Shown here in pieces: positions 53,215 through 64,000 of a stretch of DNA of 64,000 nt. Position 1 is the stretch's first letter, and the number at the start of each line of letters is the position of its first letter. The stretch is from Macrostomum lignano. Its lineage: Eukaryota. Location: positions 16,891 to 80,890 of the forward strand of contig NIVC01003717.1 in NCBI GenBank assembly GCA_002269645.1, written 5' to 3'. The notes beneath the pieces were generated by a model. It made no database searches and was not told the DNA's origin. It worked only from the letters and a program-made list of their open reading frames with translations. The position numbers and the translations under genes were made by a program.

Positions 53215-55785
53215 GCCTTCCAAAACTGCCATCTTCTCAAATTTGCCGTTCTTTCGAACCTGCCATCCTCTTCCCCCAAATCTGCCGTTCTTCTACCGAA
53301 ACTGCCATCCTCTTTCCCCCCAAATCTGCCCTTCTACCGAAATTGCCATCCTCTTCTCCCCCCCAAATCTGCGCTTCTACCGAAATTGCCATCCTCTTCT
53401 CCCCCCCCAAATCTGCGCTTCTACCGAAACTGCCATCCTCTTTCCCACCAAATCTGCCGTTCCTCTACCAAAACTGCCATCATCTTTCCCCATCAAAATC
53501 TGCCGTTCCTCTACCAAAACTGCCATCATCTTTCCCCATCAAAATCTGCCGTTATTCTACCGAAACTGCCATCATCTTTCCCCATCAAAATCTGCCGTTC
53601 TTCTACCGAAACTGCCATCATCTTTCCCCATCAAAATCTGCCGTTCTTCTACCGAAACTGCCATCATCTTTCCCCATCAAAAGCTGCCGTTCTTCTACCG
53701 AAACTGCCATCCTCTTCTCCCCCCAAATCTGCTGTTCCTCTACCGAAACTGCCATCCTCTTCCCCCAAATCTGCCGTTATTCTACCGAAACTGCCATCCT
53801 CTTTCCCCACCAAATCTGCCGTTCTTCTACCGAAACTGCCATCCTCTTCTCCCCCAAATCTGCTGTTCCTCTACCGAAACTGCCATCCTCTTCCCCCCAA
53901 ATCTGCCGTTATTCTATCGAAACTGCCATCCTCTTTCCCCACCAAATCTGCCGTTATTCTACCGAAACTGCCATCCTCTTCCCCCCAAATCTGCCGTTAT
54001 TCTACCGAAACTGCCATCCTCTTCCCCCCAAATCTGCCGTTCTTCTACCGAAACTGCCATCCTCTTCTCCCCCCAAATCTGCCGTTCTTCTACCGAAACT
54101 GCCATCCTCTTTCCCCCCAAATCTGCCCTTCTACCGAAATTGCCATCCTCTTCTCCCCCCCAAATCTGCGCTTCTACCGAAACTGCCATCCTCTTTCCCA
54201 CCAAATCTGCCGTTCCTCTACCAAAACTGCCATCATCTTTCCCCATCAAAATCTGCCGTTATTCTACCGAAACTGCCATCATCTTTCCCCATCAAAATCT
54301 GCCGTTCTTCTACTGAAACTGCCATCATCTTTCCCCATCAAAATCCGCCGTTCTTTTACCAAAACTGCCATCATCTTTCCCCATCAAAATCTGCCGTTCT
54401 TCTACCGAAACTGCCATCATCTTTCCCCATCAAAATCTGCCGTTCTTCTACCGAAACTGCCATCATCTTTCCCCATCAAAATCTGCCGTTCCTCTACCAA
54501 AACTGCCATCATCTTTCCCCATCAAAATCTGCCGTTCTTCTACCGAAACTGCCATCATCTTTCCCCATCAAAAGCTGCCGTTCTTCTACCGAAACTGCCA
54601 TCCTCTTCTCCCCCCAAATCTGCTGTTCCTCTACCGAAACTGCCATCCTCTTCCCCCCAAATCTGCCGTTATTCTACCGAAACTGCCATCCTCTTTCCCC
54701 ACCAAATCTGCCGTTCTTCTACCGAAACTGCCATCCTCTTCTCCCCCCAAATCTGCCGTTATTCTACCGAAACTGCCATCCTCTTTCCCCACCAAATCTG
54801 CCGTTCTTCTACCGAAACTGCCATCCTCTTCTCCCCCCAAATCTGCTGTTCCTCTACCGAAACTGCAATCCTCTTTCCCCCCCCCAAATCTGCCGTTATT
54901 CTACCGAAACTGCCATCCTCTTTCCCCCCCAAATCTGCCGTTATTCGACCGAAACTGCCATCCTCTTTCCCCCCCCCCAAATCTGCCGTTTCTCTACCAA
55001 AACTGCCATCCTCTTTCCCCACCAAATCTGCCGTTATTCTATCGAAACTGCCATCCTCTTTCCCCACCAAATCTGCCGTTATTCTATCGAAACTGCCATC
55101 CTCTTTCCCCACCAAATCTGCCGTTATTCTACCGAAACTGCCATCCTCTTTCCCCACCAAATCTGCCGTTTCTCTACCAAAACTGCCATCCTCTTTCCCC
55201 CCCAAATCTGCCGTTATTCTACCGAAACTGCCATCCTCTTTCCCCACCAAATCTGCCGTTCTTCTACCGAAACTGCCATCCTCTTTCCCCCCAAATCTGC
55301 CGTTATTCTACCGAAACTGCCATCCTCTTTCCCCACCAAATCTTCCGTTTCTCTACCAAAACTGCCATCCTCTTTCCCCACCAAATCTGCCGTTATTCTA
55401 TCGAAACTGCCATCCTCTTTCCCCACCAAATCTGCCGTTATTCTATCGAAACTGCCATCCTCTTTCCCCACCAAATCTGCCGTTATTCTATCGAAACTGC
55501 CATCCTCTTTCCCCACCAAATCTGCCGTTTCTCTACCAAAACTGCCATCCTCTTTCCCCACCAAATCTGCCGTTATTCTATCGAAACTGCCATCCTCTTT
55601 CCCCACCAAATCTGCCGTTATTCTATCGAAACTGCCATCCTCTTTCCCCACCAAATCTGCCGTTTCTCTACCAAAACTGCCATCCTCTTTCCCCACCAAA
55701 TCTGCCGTTATTCTATCGAAACTGCCATCCTCTTTCCCCACCAAATCTGCCGTTATTCTATCGAAACTGCTATCCTGTTTGCCCC
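53215..55785. repeat. 2.6-kb array of a ~43-bp unit (AAATCTGCCGTTATTCTACCGAAACTGCCATCCTCTTTCCCC) downstream of EXOSC7
   Basis: Seen directly; source of the two 826-aa pseudo-ORFs. Confidence 0.97.
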
Positions 55786-56329
55786 CAAATAGTAGAAGCC
55801 AGTTTTGCGTCAGTCCACGCTAGGGAACTTAATAATTGGAGGAAGTTTGGTTGTTCTCATGCTTAGTCCGATGGGGGCAGCATTTGCTTCGATGCGAAGC
55901 GGTCTTTCAACAAGTTTCTTTTCTTTTAGCTTGTGGAAGATAATTGCCGGTGAAAATCGGCACTTTGATGTCACTTCCCAGCCCTCCCCCATCTTCTGTC
56001 GGGAGTTTTTTCTCTTTTTTGTTCTAATTTTAGCTGTATTTCTTCTTGTATCGTAGGGGACACTTTGCTCGTCACAATATTGGTAGCTAGGCGACTCTAG
56101 TGAAAGCGCACGGGATGCTTTAATTCAATTGTTGCTACAATATGTTCTGTAAGCATTTTTCTTAATTAAATATAATTACAAAGTTAACAGCAATCGTTCC
56201 ATTTATGATATTTGTCTACCGTGTGTCTTATTAATTTGTACTTTGGTGTAGCTTATATGCGTCATATTGTAACTCTGGAGATCCACTAGGAATCGTTAAG
56301 AATCTTCATCTGCACAAAATCAGTGGAAT

Positions 56330-56630
56330 TCTCACCTGGAGATCTTTAGATAATCAAGACTCTCACCTGGAGATCTGTAGATAATCAAGACTCTCACCTG
56401 GAGATCTGTAGAGAATCAAGACTCTCACCTGGAGATCTTTAGATAATCAAGACTCTCACCTGGAGATCTGTAGATAACCAAGACTCTCACCTGGAGATCC
56501 GTAGATAATCAAGACTCTCACCTGGAGATCTGTAGATAACCAAGACTCTCACCTGGAGATCTGTAGATAATCAAGACTCTCACCTGGAGATCTGTAGAGA
56601 ATCAAGACTCTCACCTGGAGATCTGTAGAT
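56330..56630. repeat. 31-bp minisatellite (CTCACCTGGAGATCTGTAGATAATCAAGACT) just upstream of the VPS18 ATG
   Basis: About 9-10 copies. Confidence 0.95.
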
Positions 56631-56668
56631 AAAAATGAACCTACAAAAATTGCCATTCCCAGCCAGCC

Positions 56669-59326
56669 ATGGACTACCAGCAGCAGGAACAGCAGCACCA
56701 GCAACAGCTGGAAGTAGCAGCGGGTCAATTGCTTCGAATTCAACGAATCGAAGCGTTCCAACCGCCGCTGCCCATTACTCACCTGCTAGCCGCTTCCGGT
56801 CGGTTACTAATGGCTTTCCCTAGCAACTATTTGCACTGCATTGACACTCGCCGATCTGATAACAAAGCTTTGCAACGCTTAGATTTAGCCAAGAGTGGCG
56901 GCTCAGACGATCGGCTACACAGTCTGTTCTTCGATCCCACTGGTACCCACATCATTGCTAGCATGCAGTCCGGCTGCGTTCTATATGCCTGCTGGTCTAA
57001 CAACAGGCATAATCAAGATGCTGGCATAGCAATTAAACCCATCGCTAAACTGAAGAATCAACTAGTGGATAGCGTGGCTTGGTGCCCTTCGGGCGAGGAT
57101 GGAATCGCTTATAGCGGCAAAGGTGCCAGTGGGACTGGACCGATTCTGGTTGGCACGGCCGATGGTCACATCTACGAGTTGGCCCTGTTCGCTGATGCTG
57201 GCGGCACCGGCGGCGGCAGCGGAGGCGGCGGAATGCGACACGCTATGGGGCTGCTTGGTGGAGATGATAAAAAAGTCTGTCTGGTTATGTAAATTAGTGT
57301 AATAATTGCTTGCTCGTAAATTTAGGGTGCTTTAGTACTAATGCTAATGAGGTGCTTATGCTGATATACTCGGAAAATAATACTCGGAACATTCACATTA
57401 TTGTGCTCTGAATTAAAATGTGCTCTTGGATACCAGTGGAAGTGCTCAGATATTATTTAGAATGCTGAGATACTATTGTGAGTGCTCAGATACATGTACT
57501 ATTGAGGGTGCTCAGATACTATTGTGAGTGCTCAGATACATGTACTATTGAGGGTGCTCAGATACTATTGTGAGTGCTCAGATACTATCAAGGGTGCTCA
57601 GATACATGTACTATTGAGGGTGCTCAGATACTATTGTGAGTGCTCAGATACTATCAAGGGTGCTCAGATACTATTGAGAGTGCTCAGATACTATTGAGAG
57701 GGCTCAGATACCATTGAGAGTGCTTAGATACTATTGAGAGTGCTCAGATACTATTGAGGCTGCTCAGATACTATTGAGGGTGCTCAGATACTATTGAGAG
57801 TGCTCAGATACTATTGAGAGTGCTCAGATACTATTGAGAGTACAGTGCTCAGATACTATTCAGGTTGCTTAGGCACTATTGAGGTTGTTTAGAAAGTGCT
57901 CAGATCCCATTGGAGTACCCATACTAGTGGGAGTGCTCAGACACTAACCTGAGCATACCGCACTACTTGAACCTATATTCTCCGCATTGCCAACATCCGC
58001 AGGCCGACCAATACTGTCACCAGCTGTTCAGCCTGGGCAAGTCCGTCACCGGCCTTCAACTGGGCGTCATTCAATCAGCCGACGTGGCCGACTCCAGTCG
58101 AAACAAAAAGCGTCGCTACTTCCTATTGGCCAGCACTCCTGTGCACCTGTACGAATTCAAAGGCAAGCTGGCTATCACAGCTGACGGCTCATCTGCTCAC
58201 TATGCTCCTCTCTTTGCTAAAGCTTTAAGCGAAGCCGGCGGGCCGCCCTTCAAAAGTCATCCGCCAGATTTGGGCCGAAGCTGTTTGAAATTGTTGCGCA
58301 CGTCGCCTAAAGGGGCGGATTATACTGTGGCCTGGCTGTCCGGCCTGGGCTGCTACTGCGGCTTTCTTGACCACGGCCTGCCGAACTTTTGCACTGACAA
58401 ATGCATCCTGTTGCCCTATGAGAATAAGCAGGTAGGCTGGCTTGCTTGCTTTATCCGCTTTGTGCTCTAATCCGCTCTTTTTCGATCTGCTTCATCTTCC
58501 ATCCTCCCTTCAATCCACCCCATCCGCCCTTCAATCCGCCCCATCCGCCCTTCAATCCGCTCCATCCGCCCTTCAATCCGCTCCATCCGCCCTTCAATCC
58601 GCCCCATCCGCCCTTCAATCCGCTCCATCCGCCCTTCAATCCGCCCCATCCGCCCTTCAATCCGCCCCATCCGCCCTTCAACATGCTCCATCCGCCCTTC
58701 AATCCGCTCCATCCGCCCTTCAATCCGCCCCATCCGCCCTTCAATCCGCCCCATCCGCCCTTCAATCCGCTCCATCCGCCCTTCAATCCGCCCCATCAGC
58801 CCTTCAATCCGCCCTTCAATCCGCTCTATCCGTTCCTCAATTCTCCTTCCGCCCCTCAACCTTAATATTTCCGCCCCTAACTCCGCTCCTTAGTCCGGTC
58901 TATCCGCCTAAGTAAAATAATACTCAAGTTTCTTCGCTATAATAGCTCGCGTTAAATCTCGTAAAAAGTACATGCACTTTTCTATGATTCTCTTCACTGC
59001 GCAGGTTCCAATCACGGCCGAGTCGCTTAATTATCACGTGGTGCTTCTGTACACCGACCGGCTGGCAGTGCACAGCCTGCTCAATGGGCTGGCTGTGTCC
59101 AGGGTTGACGCCCAGGACAGGTGCCAGCTGACCTACCGGGGCATGGCCTTCGACTCCTCTGCCAGGCTGCTATGGGCCTTCACCGAAGTTGGCGTGTATA
59201 AGGTGATTGCGATTGCTGATTGTGGCTGCCTGTCTGTCTGTCTGTCTGTCTTCTGTCTGTCTTCTGTCTGTCTGTCGGTCTGTCTTCTGTCTGTCTGTCT
59301 GTCTGTCTATCTATATATCTATCTAT

Positions 59327-59360
<34 letters not shown>

Positions 59361-59472
59361 ATCTATCTATCTATCTATCTGTCTGTCTGTCTATCCATCT
59401 ATCTATATATATATATATATATCTACCTATCTACCTATCTATCTATCCATCTATCTATCTATCTATCTATCA

Positions 59473-59517
<45 letters not shown>

Positions 59518-59634
59518 CCTATCTATCTATCCATCTATCTATCTATCTATCCATCTATCTATCTATCCATCTATCTGTCTATCTATCTATCTATCCATCC
59601 ATCTATCTATCCATCTATCTATCTATCTATCCTT

Positions 59635-59672
<38 letters not shown>

Positions 59673-62626
59673 GTCTGTCTGTCTATCCATCTATCTATCT
59701 ATATCTACCTATCTATCTATCTATCTATCTATCCATCTATCTATCCATCTATCTATCTATCTATCTATCCATCTATCTATCTATCCATCTATCCATCTAT
59801 CTATCCATCTATCTATCCATCTATCCATCTATCTATCCATCTATCCATCTATCTATCCATCTATCTATCTCCAACAACCCCAGGTGGACATCGGTGACGA
59901 GCGCAGCCTAGCGTGGCGCATCTACCTGCAGCTGGGCCAGCACGAACAGGCCCTGCAGTGCTGCCCCAGCCAGGCGGAGCGCTCCCAGGTGTACGCCCTG
60001 CTAGCCGAGAAATTTTTCGCCAACGGCAAATTCGTTGACAGCGCCAATCTGTTCAGCAAAAGCGACCGGCCGTTCGAGCACACGGCGCTGAAGTTCCTCT
60101 CCGCTCCGAATGGCGACGTAGACGGATTGAAAATTCTGCTCAAATGCCGACTAAATGCCGACCTGAGTTCGGCGTCGGGTGCCGGCGGCGGGGATGCCGT
60201 GCTGCTCATCTGGCTGACAGAACTCTACCTGAAGAAGCTGGGCGCCTGGCGAGACAGCGGCCGTCAGGGCAGTCAGGACTACGCGTTGGAGAGCGAAGAG
60301 TTTCGCCGATTTCTGGCTAAGCCGCAGTTGAGGCCGCTGTTGGAACGGCTGCGTCACGTGATCTATCAGCTGATGCAGAGTCACGCGGATTCGGAGAACT
60401 TGGTGTACCTGGCCTGCTTGCTAAACGATCAGGATTCCATTGTGCTGTTCTATTTGGAGAATGAGGATTATACTGAGGCGCTTAAGACTATTGATAGGCA
60501 TCCCAGGTGTGTGTAATTCTCTTTTGTGTCAGTTCTTGTGTCAGGCAGAGTGTTATGGGTATTTTCTCATGTTAGTAAGTTTTAGCTTTCTAGTGTCGTT
60601 TCGAGTGTCAGATTGTCAGTAGGTTGTCATTCAGTTTGACACTAGGCGTGTCAGATATTCAGTTTGTGTCAGTAGGTGTGTCAGAGCTACAGTTTGTGTC
60701 AGTAGGTGTGTCAGATATTCAGTAGGTGTCAGTAGGTGTGTCAGATATTCATTATATGTAAGATGTGTCAGAGTTACAGTTTGTGTCAGTAGGTGTGTCA
60801 GTAGTTTGGTCAGCTTCATTTCTTTCAGTTCAATAGTTGTGTCAGTTTCAGTATGTGTGTCAGGGTTTCAGTTTGTGTCAGTAGGTGTGTCAATTTCATT
60901 TCGTGTTTCATTTTTGCTTCTGCTCCCCCTCGCTCTTGCAGGTGTCCAGTTTTGCACGTTCGACACGCCCAACTGCTCCTGAGCCAGGTCCCCGAGAAGA
61001 CTGTGGACTCCTGGATCAGTCTGGGCAATAAGCTGGATCCCAGACTTCTGTTGCCAGCTCTCCTCACCGCGCCTAGGGATCAGGCGCTTCGGTGAGTTGC
61101 TCATTGATTTATTTATTATGTTTATCCTGTTTACTGTCTCACTGACTCACTGACTCACTCACTGACTCACTGACTCACTCACTTACTGCCTCACTCACTC
61201 ACTCACTCACTCACTCTCTCACTGACTCACTCACTCACTCACTCACTCACTCACTGACTCACTCATTCACTCACTCACTCACTGACTCACTGACTCACTC
61301 ACTTACTGCCTCACTCACTCACTCACTCACTCACTCACTCACTCACTCACTCACTCTCTCACTCACTCACTCACTCATTGACTCACTCACTCACTCACTC
61401 ACTCACTCACTCACTCACTCACTCATTGACTCACTCACTCACTCACTCACTCACTCACTCACTCACTCACTGACTCACTCATTCACTCACTCACTCACTC
61501 ACTCACTGACTCACTCACTCACTCACTCACTCACTCACTCACTCACTCACTGACTCACTCACTCACTCACTCACTCACTCATTGACTCACTCACTCACTC
61601 ACTCACTCACTCACTCACTCACTCACTCACTGACTCACTCACTCACTCACTCACTACTCACTCACTCACTCACTCACTGACTCACTCATTCACTCACTCA
61701 CTCACTCACTCACTCACTCACTCACTGACTCACTCATTGACTCACTCACTCACCAACTGACTGACTCATTAACTGGCTCTTCCAGATACCTGGAGTACGC
61801 AGTCAACACACTGAGAAGTGAGTACAAGCCTCTGCACAATCTGCTGTTGCACATTTATGCCGAGTCGTATCCGGGCCGCTTAGTAACGTACATCGAAACC
61901 GCCTCGGCGAAGGCCTCGCTAGCTGCTGACCGGCATCAGCAGTCTGTTAGTCTACCATTCGATGCCAATACGCGTTGGATTTGTGCCAGCGAAGCAACCT
62001 GAAGAAGCCCTGCGTCCGGCTGCACCACCTGCTTGGACACTATCGCGAAGGTGTCGCCTTGGCTCTGGAATTCGACGTCGGCCTGGCGAAGTCTTTGGCC
62101 AATCTGCCGCAGGAGCAGGACGAGAAGCGAGCCCTCTGGCTGATGGTGGCGCGTCACGTGATCACAGAAGAGAAAGACGTGCCCAGAGCGATGGAGTTCC
62201 TGGACGATTGTCCGGATTTATTGAGCATCGAAGATGTGCTGCCATTTTTTCCTGACTTTGCCACCATAGACAGCTTCAAGGATGCAATCTGTAGATCGTT
62301 GGATCAGTATAAAGAGCGGATGGACGCGCTGAGGCATGGATAAGTGCACCGAGTACGCCACGGCCGTGCGATCGCGTATGGCGAGCAACAAGATGGCCTG
62401 CCAGACTGTGAGCGCCAGTCAAGTCTGCAGTGCCAGCTCGTGCAGCTACGGCGGTCCGCTGCTGACTGGCACTTTTCTGGCCTATCCGTGCGGCCACTGC
62501 CTGCATCTGGACTGCGCCAAAGCTGCTGTGCTCTCGGCTGGACAGGTGGGTCCGCTGCCCAGGCCGGAGGATGACTGTCCGCTGTGCGGCGAACTCGCCA
62601 TCGCCTGCATTGATGTACCGATTTGA
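56669..62626 (+). CDS. VPS18: Vacuolar protein sorting 18 (Pep3/deep orange; CORVET/HOPS core), 6 exons; last exon shows two frame breaks in this sequence
   Basis: Exons 56669-57274 (or 57283), 58003-58431, 59005-59202, 59884-60506, 60942-61091, 61786-62626. Motifs [99 protein letters not shown]-terminal RING (PCGH..HLDC...CPLCGE). Frameshifts near 61968 and 62335. Confidence 0.93.
57420..57905. repeat. ~20-bp minisatellite (GTGCTCAGATACTATTGAGA) in VPS18 intron 1
   Basis: Seen directly. Confidence 0.93.
58495..58835. repeat. 21-bp minisatellite (CAATCCGCCCCATCCGCCCTT) in VPS18 intron 2
   Basis: Seen directly. Confidence 0.95.
59230..59870. repeat. (TCTG)n/(TCTA)n microsatellite in VPS18 intron 3
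   Basis: Seen directly. Confidence 0.97.
60600..60895. repeat. Degenerate TGTGTCAGTAGG-type repeat in VPS18 intron 4
   Basis: GTGTCAG recurs about 15 times. Confidence 0.85.
61135..61765. repeat. (TCAC)n microsatellite in VPS18 intron 5
   Basis: Seen directly. Confidence 0.97.
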
Positions 62627-63764
62627 CTTGGCGCTTGAATTGGGCTGATGCAGCTATCTATTGAATATAGATATCCAAGCTCTGTGACTTCATGTATCCA
62701 GTTCAAACCCTTGGCTAGAATAATGTACTTTAAAAGATTTTGGTCACTCATTCAAACTATAATCGTATTCGAATTAATTTATATATAAAGCCTCATCAAT
62801 ATTGATTGATATTTAACCTATGAATAATATTGATTTGATTGAATCTGTACGTCAATAAGCATAATAATAAATACTAAGATTCTGAACAAAATCGAATAAT
62901 ACAAAATGAGTATTATGATGAATAAAACGTAGTGTGTATATGCCAGACAAATAAAACTTTGTGTGTTTGCCATTTAGTTTATTTTTACCTTCTTACTCTT
63001 TAAAACTGTTTGTAAACTTTTTTCTCAATTGAAAGTATTGCTTTGAATACGAGTAGACGGTCGACGCAATAGTGGATACAGATATAAATAGCTAAGAATA
63101 ACAGTGTCGAATTGAAGCTTTTGAACGCACAAAAAGCTTGTTGTAGAGACAAAAATGTGTTTAAAAAATACAGAGTGGATTTTTAAAAGCGGACACAAAT
63201 TCAGCGTACACACTGCTATAAGTGAGTGAATTATAATTTTGTATTCTCTAGGTGTAGCTTTAAGGTGCGGAGTGTACCAGAGCCAGGTAAAGAGTTATAA
63301 GAGTTGCTTCTATCAATTAATACAGAGAAATGTTGATAAAAAATATTGATTCTGTTAGTGTTAACTTGTCTTAAGCGTAGTGCATCGAGTGTGTAGACAG
63401 TGCAGTGCTAATCGAAACAGTAAACGTCTGAGTAAGAGTTCTTTGTTAGTTTTGTGGCGCAATATATATTAGCAAATTGTTAGGATTGACTCCGCGTTGG
63501 TGGTTAAAGCAGTTTTTTTATTTTCTTTTTAACTCGTTGATCGTTCGGTCGGCTCTAGTAGGACGTCGCGGTTTTTCAAGAGCTGGATCAGAAGCTGAAA
63601 TGACAGTTTTATCATAATGGTTAGTATTAAATAACCGATTATGTAGCACATGCACATGTAATCGAGTTAAGCGGAAGTTAAGCAAATGCGGCGTAGTGCC
63701 TTTAGTTCCGCTTTTATTTTTACACAATCTTCAATTGCATAGGTCATTGTGGTCCCCTGTTTCT

Positions 63765-63880
63765 TGTTGGGCGCCCCTGTGTCTTAGGTGGTGGGCGCCC
63801 CAGTGTCTGAGGTGGTGGGCGCCACTGTGTCTTTAGGTGGTGGGGCGTTTTTGTGTCTTAGGTGGTGGGCGCCACTGTCT
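63765..63880. repeat. Short ~23-bp GC-rich tandem repeat (TGTGTCTTAGGTGGTGGGCGCC)
   Basis: About 5 imperfect copies near the window end. Confidence 0.8.
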
Positions 63881-64000
63881 GTTGGTGGAAACTTACCCCC
63901 GCTAGCTTACTCTTAAGTCTCTAATTAAGGCCGGTAGATGCCACGTCAAGAGGTCTTGTCTTTGATTTAAATGTAGCTCACAATAGTTCTAATTGATGTT

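Noticed and set aside
53153-55866. Long ORFs of 387-826 aa, and similar ORFs at 7394-8231, 15201-16065, 21800-22649, 37909-38841, 40296-41601, 48697-49830
   Set aside because: Translations of stop-free tandem repeats, open in several frames at once, with no protein-family motifs.
55810-55992. Possible minus-strand terminal exon (LKEKKLVERPLRIE...)
   Set aside because: 60 codons, no known motif, no linked exons identified.
58972-60516. 514-aa ORF implying a LSIY-repeat insert in VPS18
   Set aside because: The 681-nt intron 3 (GT 59203 to AG 59883) happens to be a multiple of 3 and (TCTA)n has no stops; clear splice sites and continuous VPS18 homology across it.

Overview
Eukaryotic (metazoan) genomic DNA. 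It is most consistent with a free-living flatworm such as Macrostomum; this is an inference from the innexin, the minisatellite-filled introns and an apparent need for spliced-leader AUG. Six host genes were reconstructed by hand across GT-AG introns. On the minus strand is an 8-exon concentrative nucleoside transporter (SLC28/CNT, ~3.0-21.8 kb) with an antisense innexin nested in intron 6. On the plus strand is a run of PPAT, RFWD3, EXOSC7 and VPS18 (35.8-62.6 kb). All 21 reconstructed introns carry a tandem-repeat array. The CNT-PPAT spacer is a transposon nest: an RTE element with an inverted 5' part and two nested TSD-flanked insertions, an apparently intact piggyBac, and several MITEs. 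The most unusual observation is a set of ~298-bp MITEs (8-bp TSDs, two different TIR families). They share a core containing a 64-nt mimic of the 28S rRNA helix-69 region (the R2 / I-PpoI / Pokey target site), and one family is inserted exactly into the mimic site of the other. Also present: a Penelope-like fragment between (GA)n tracts, an LTR plus tRNA-Leu PBS, and a foldback IS630/Tc1 derivative whose 20-bp subterminal motif has expanded into a satellite. Most long ORFs in the supplied track are translations of tandem repeats. Coordinates were counted by hand; no database searches were run.
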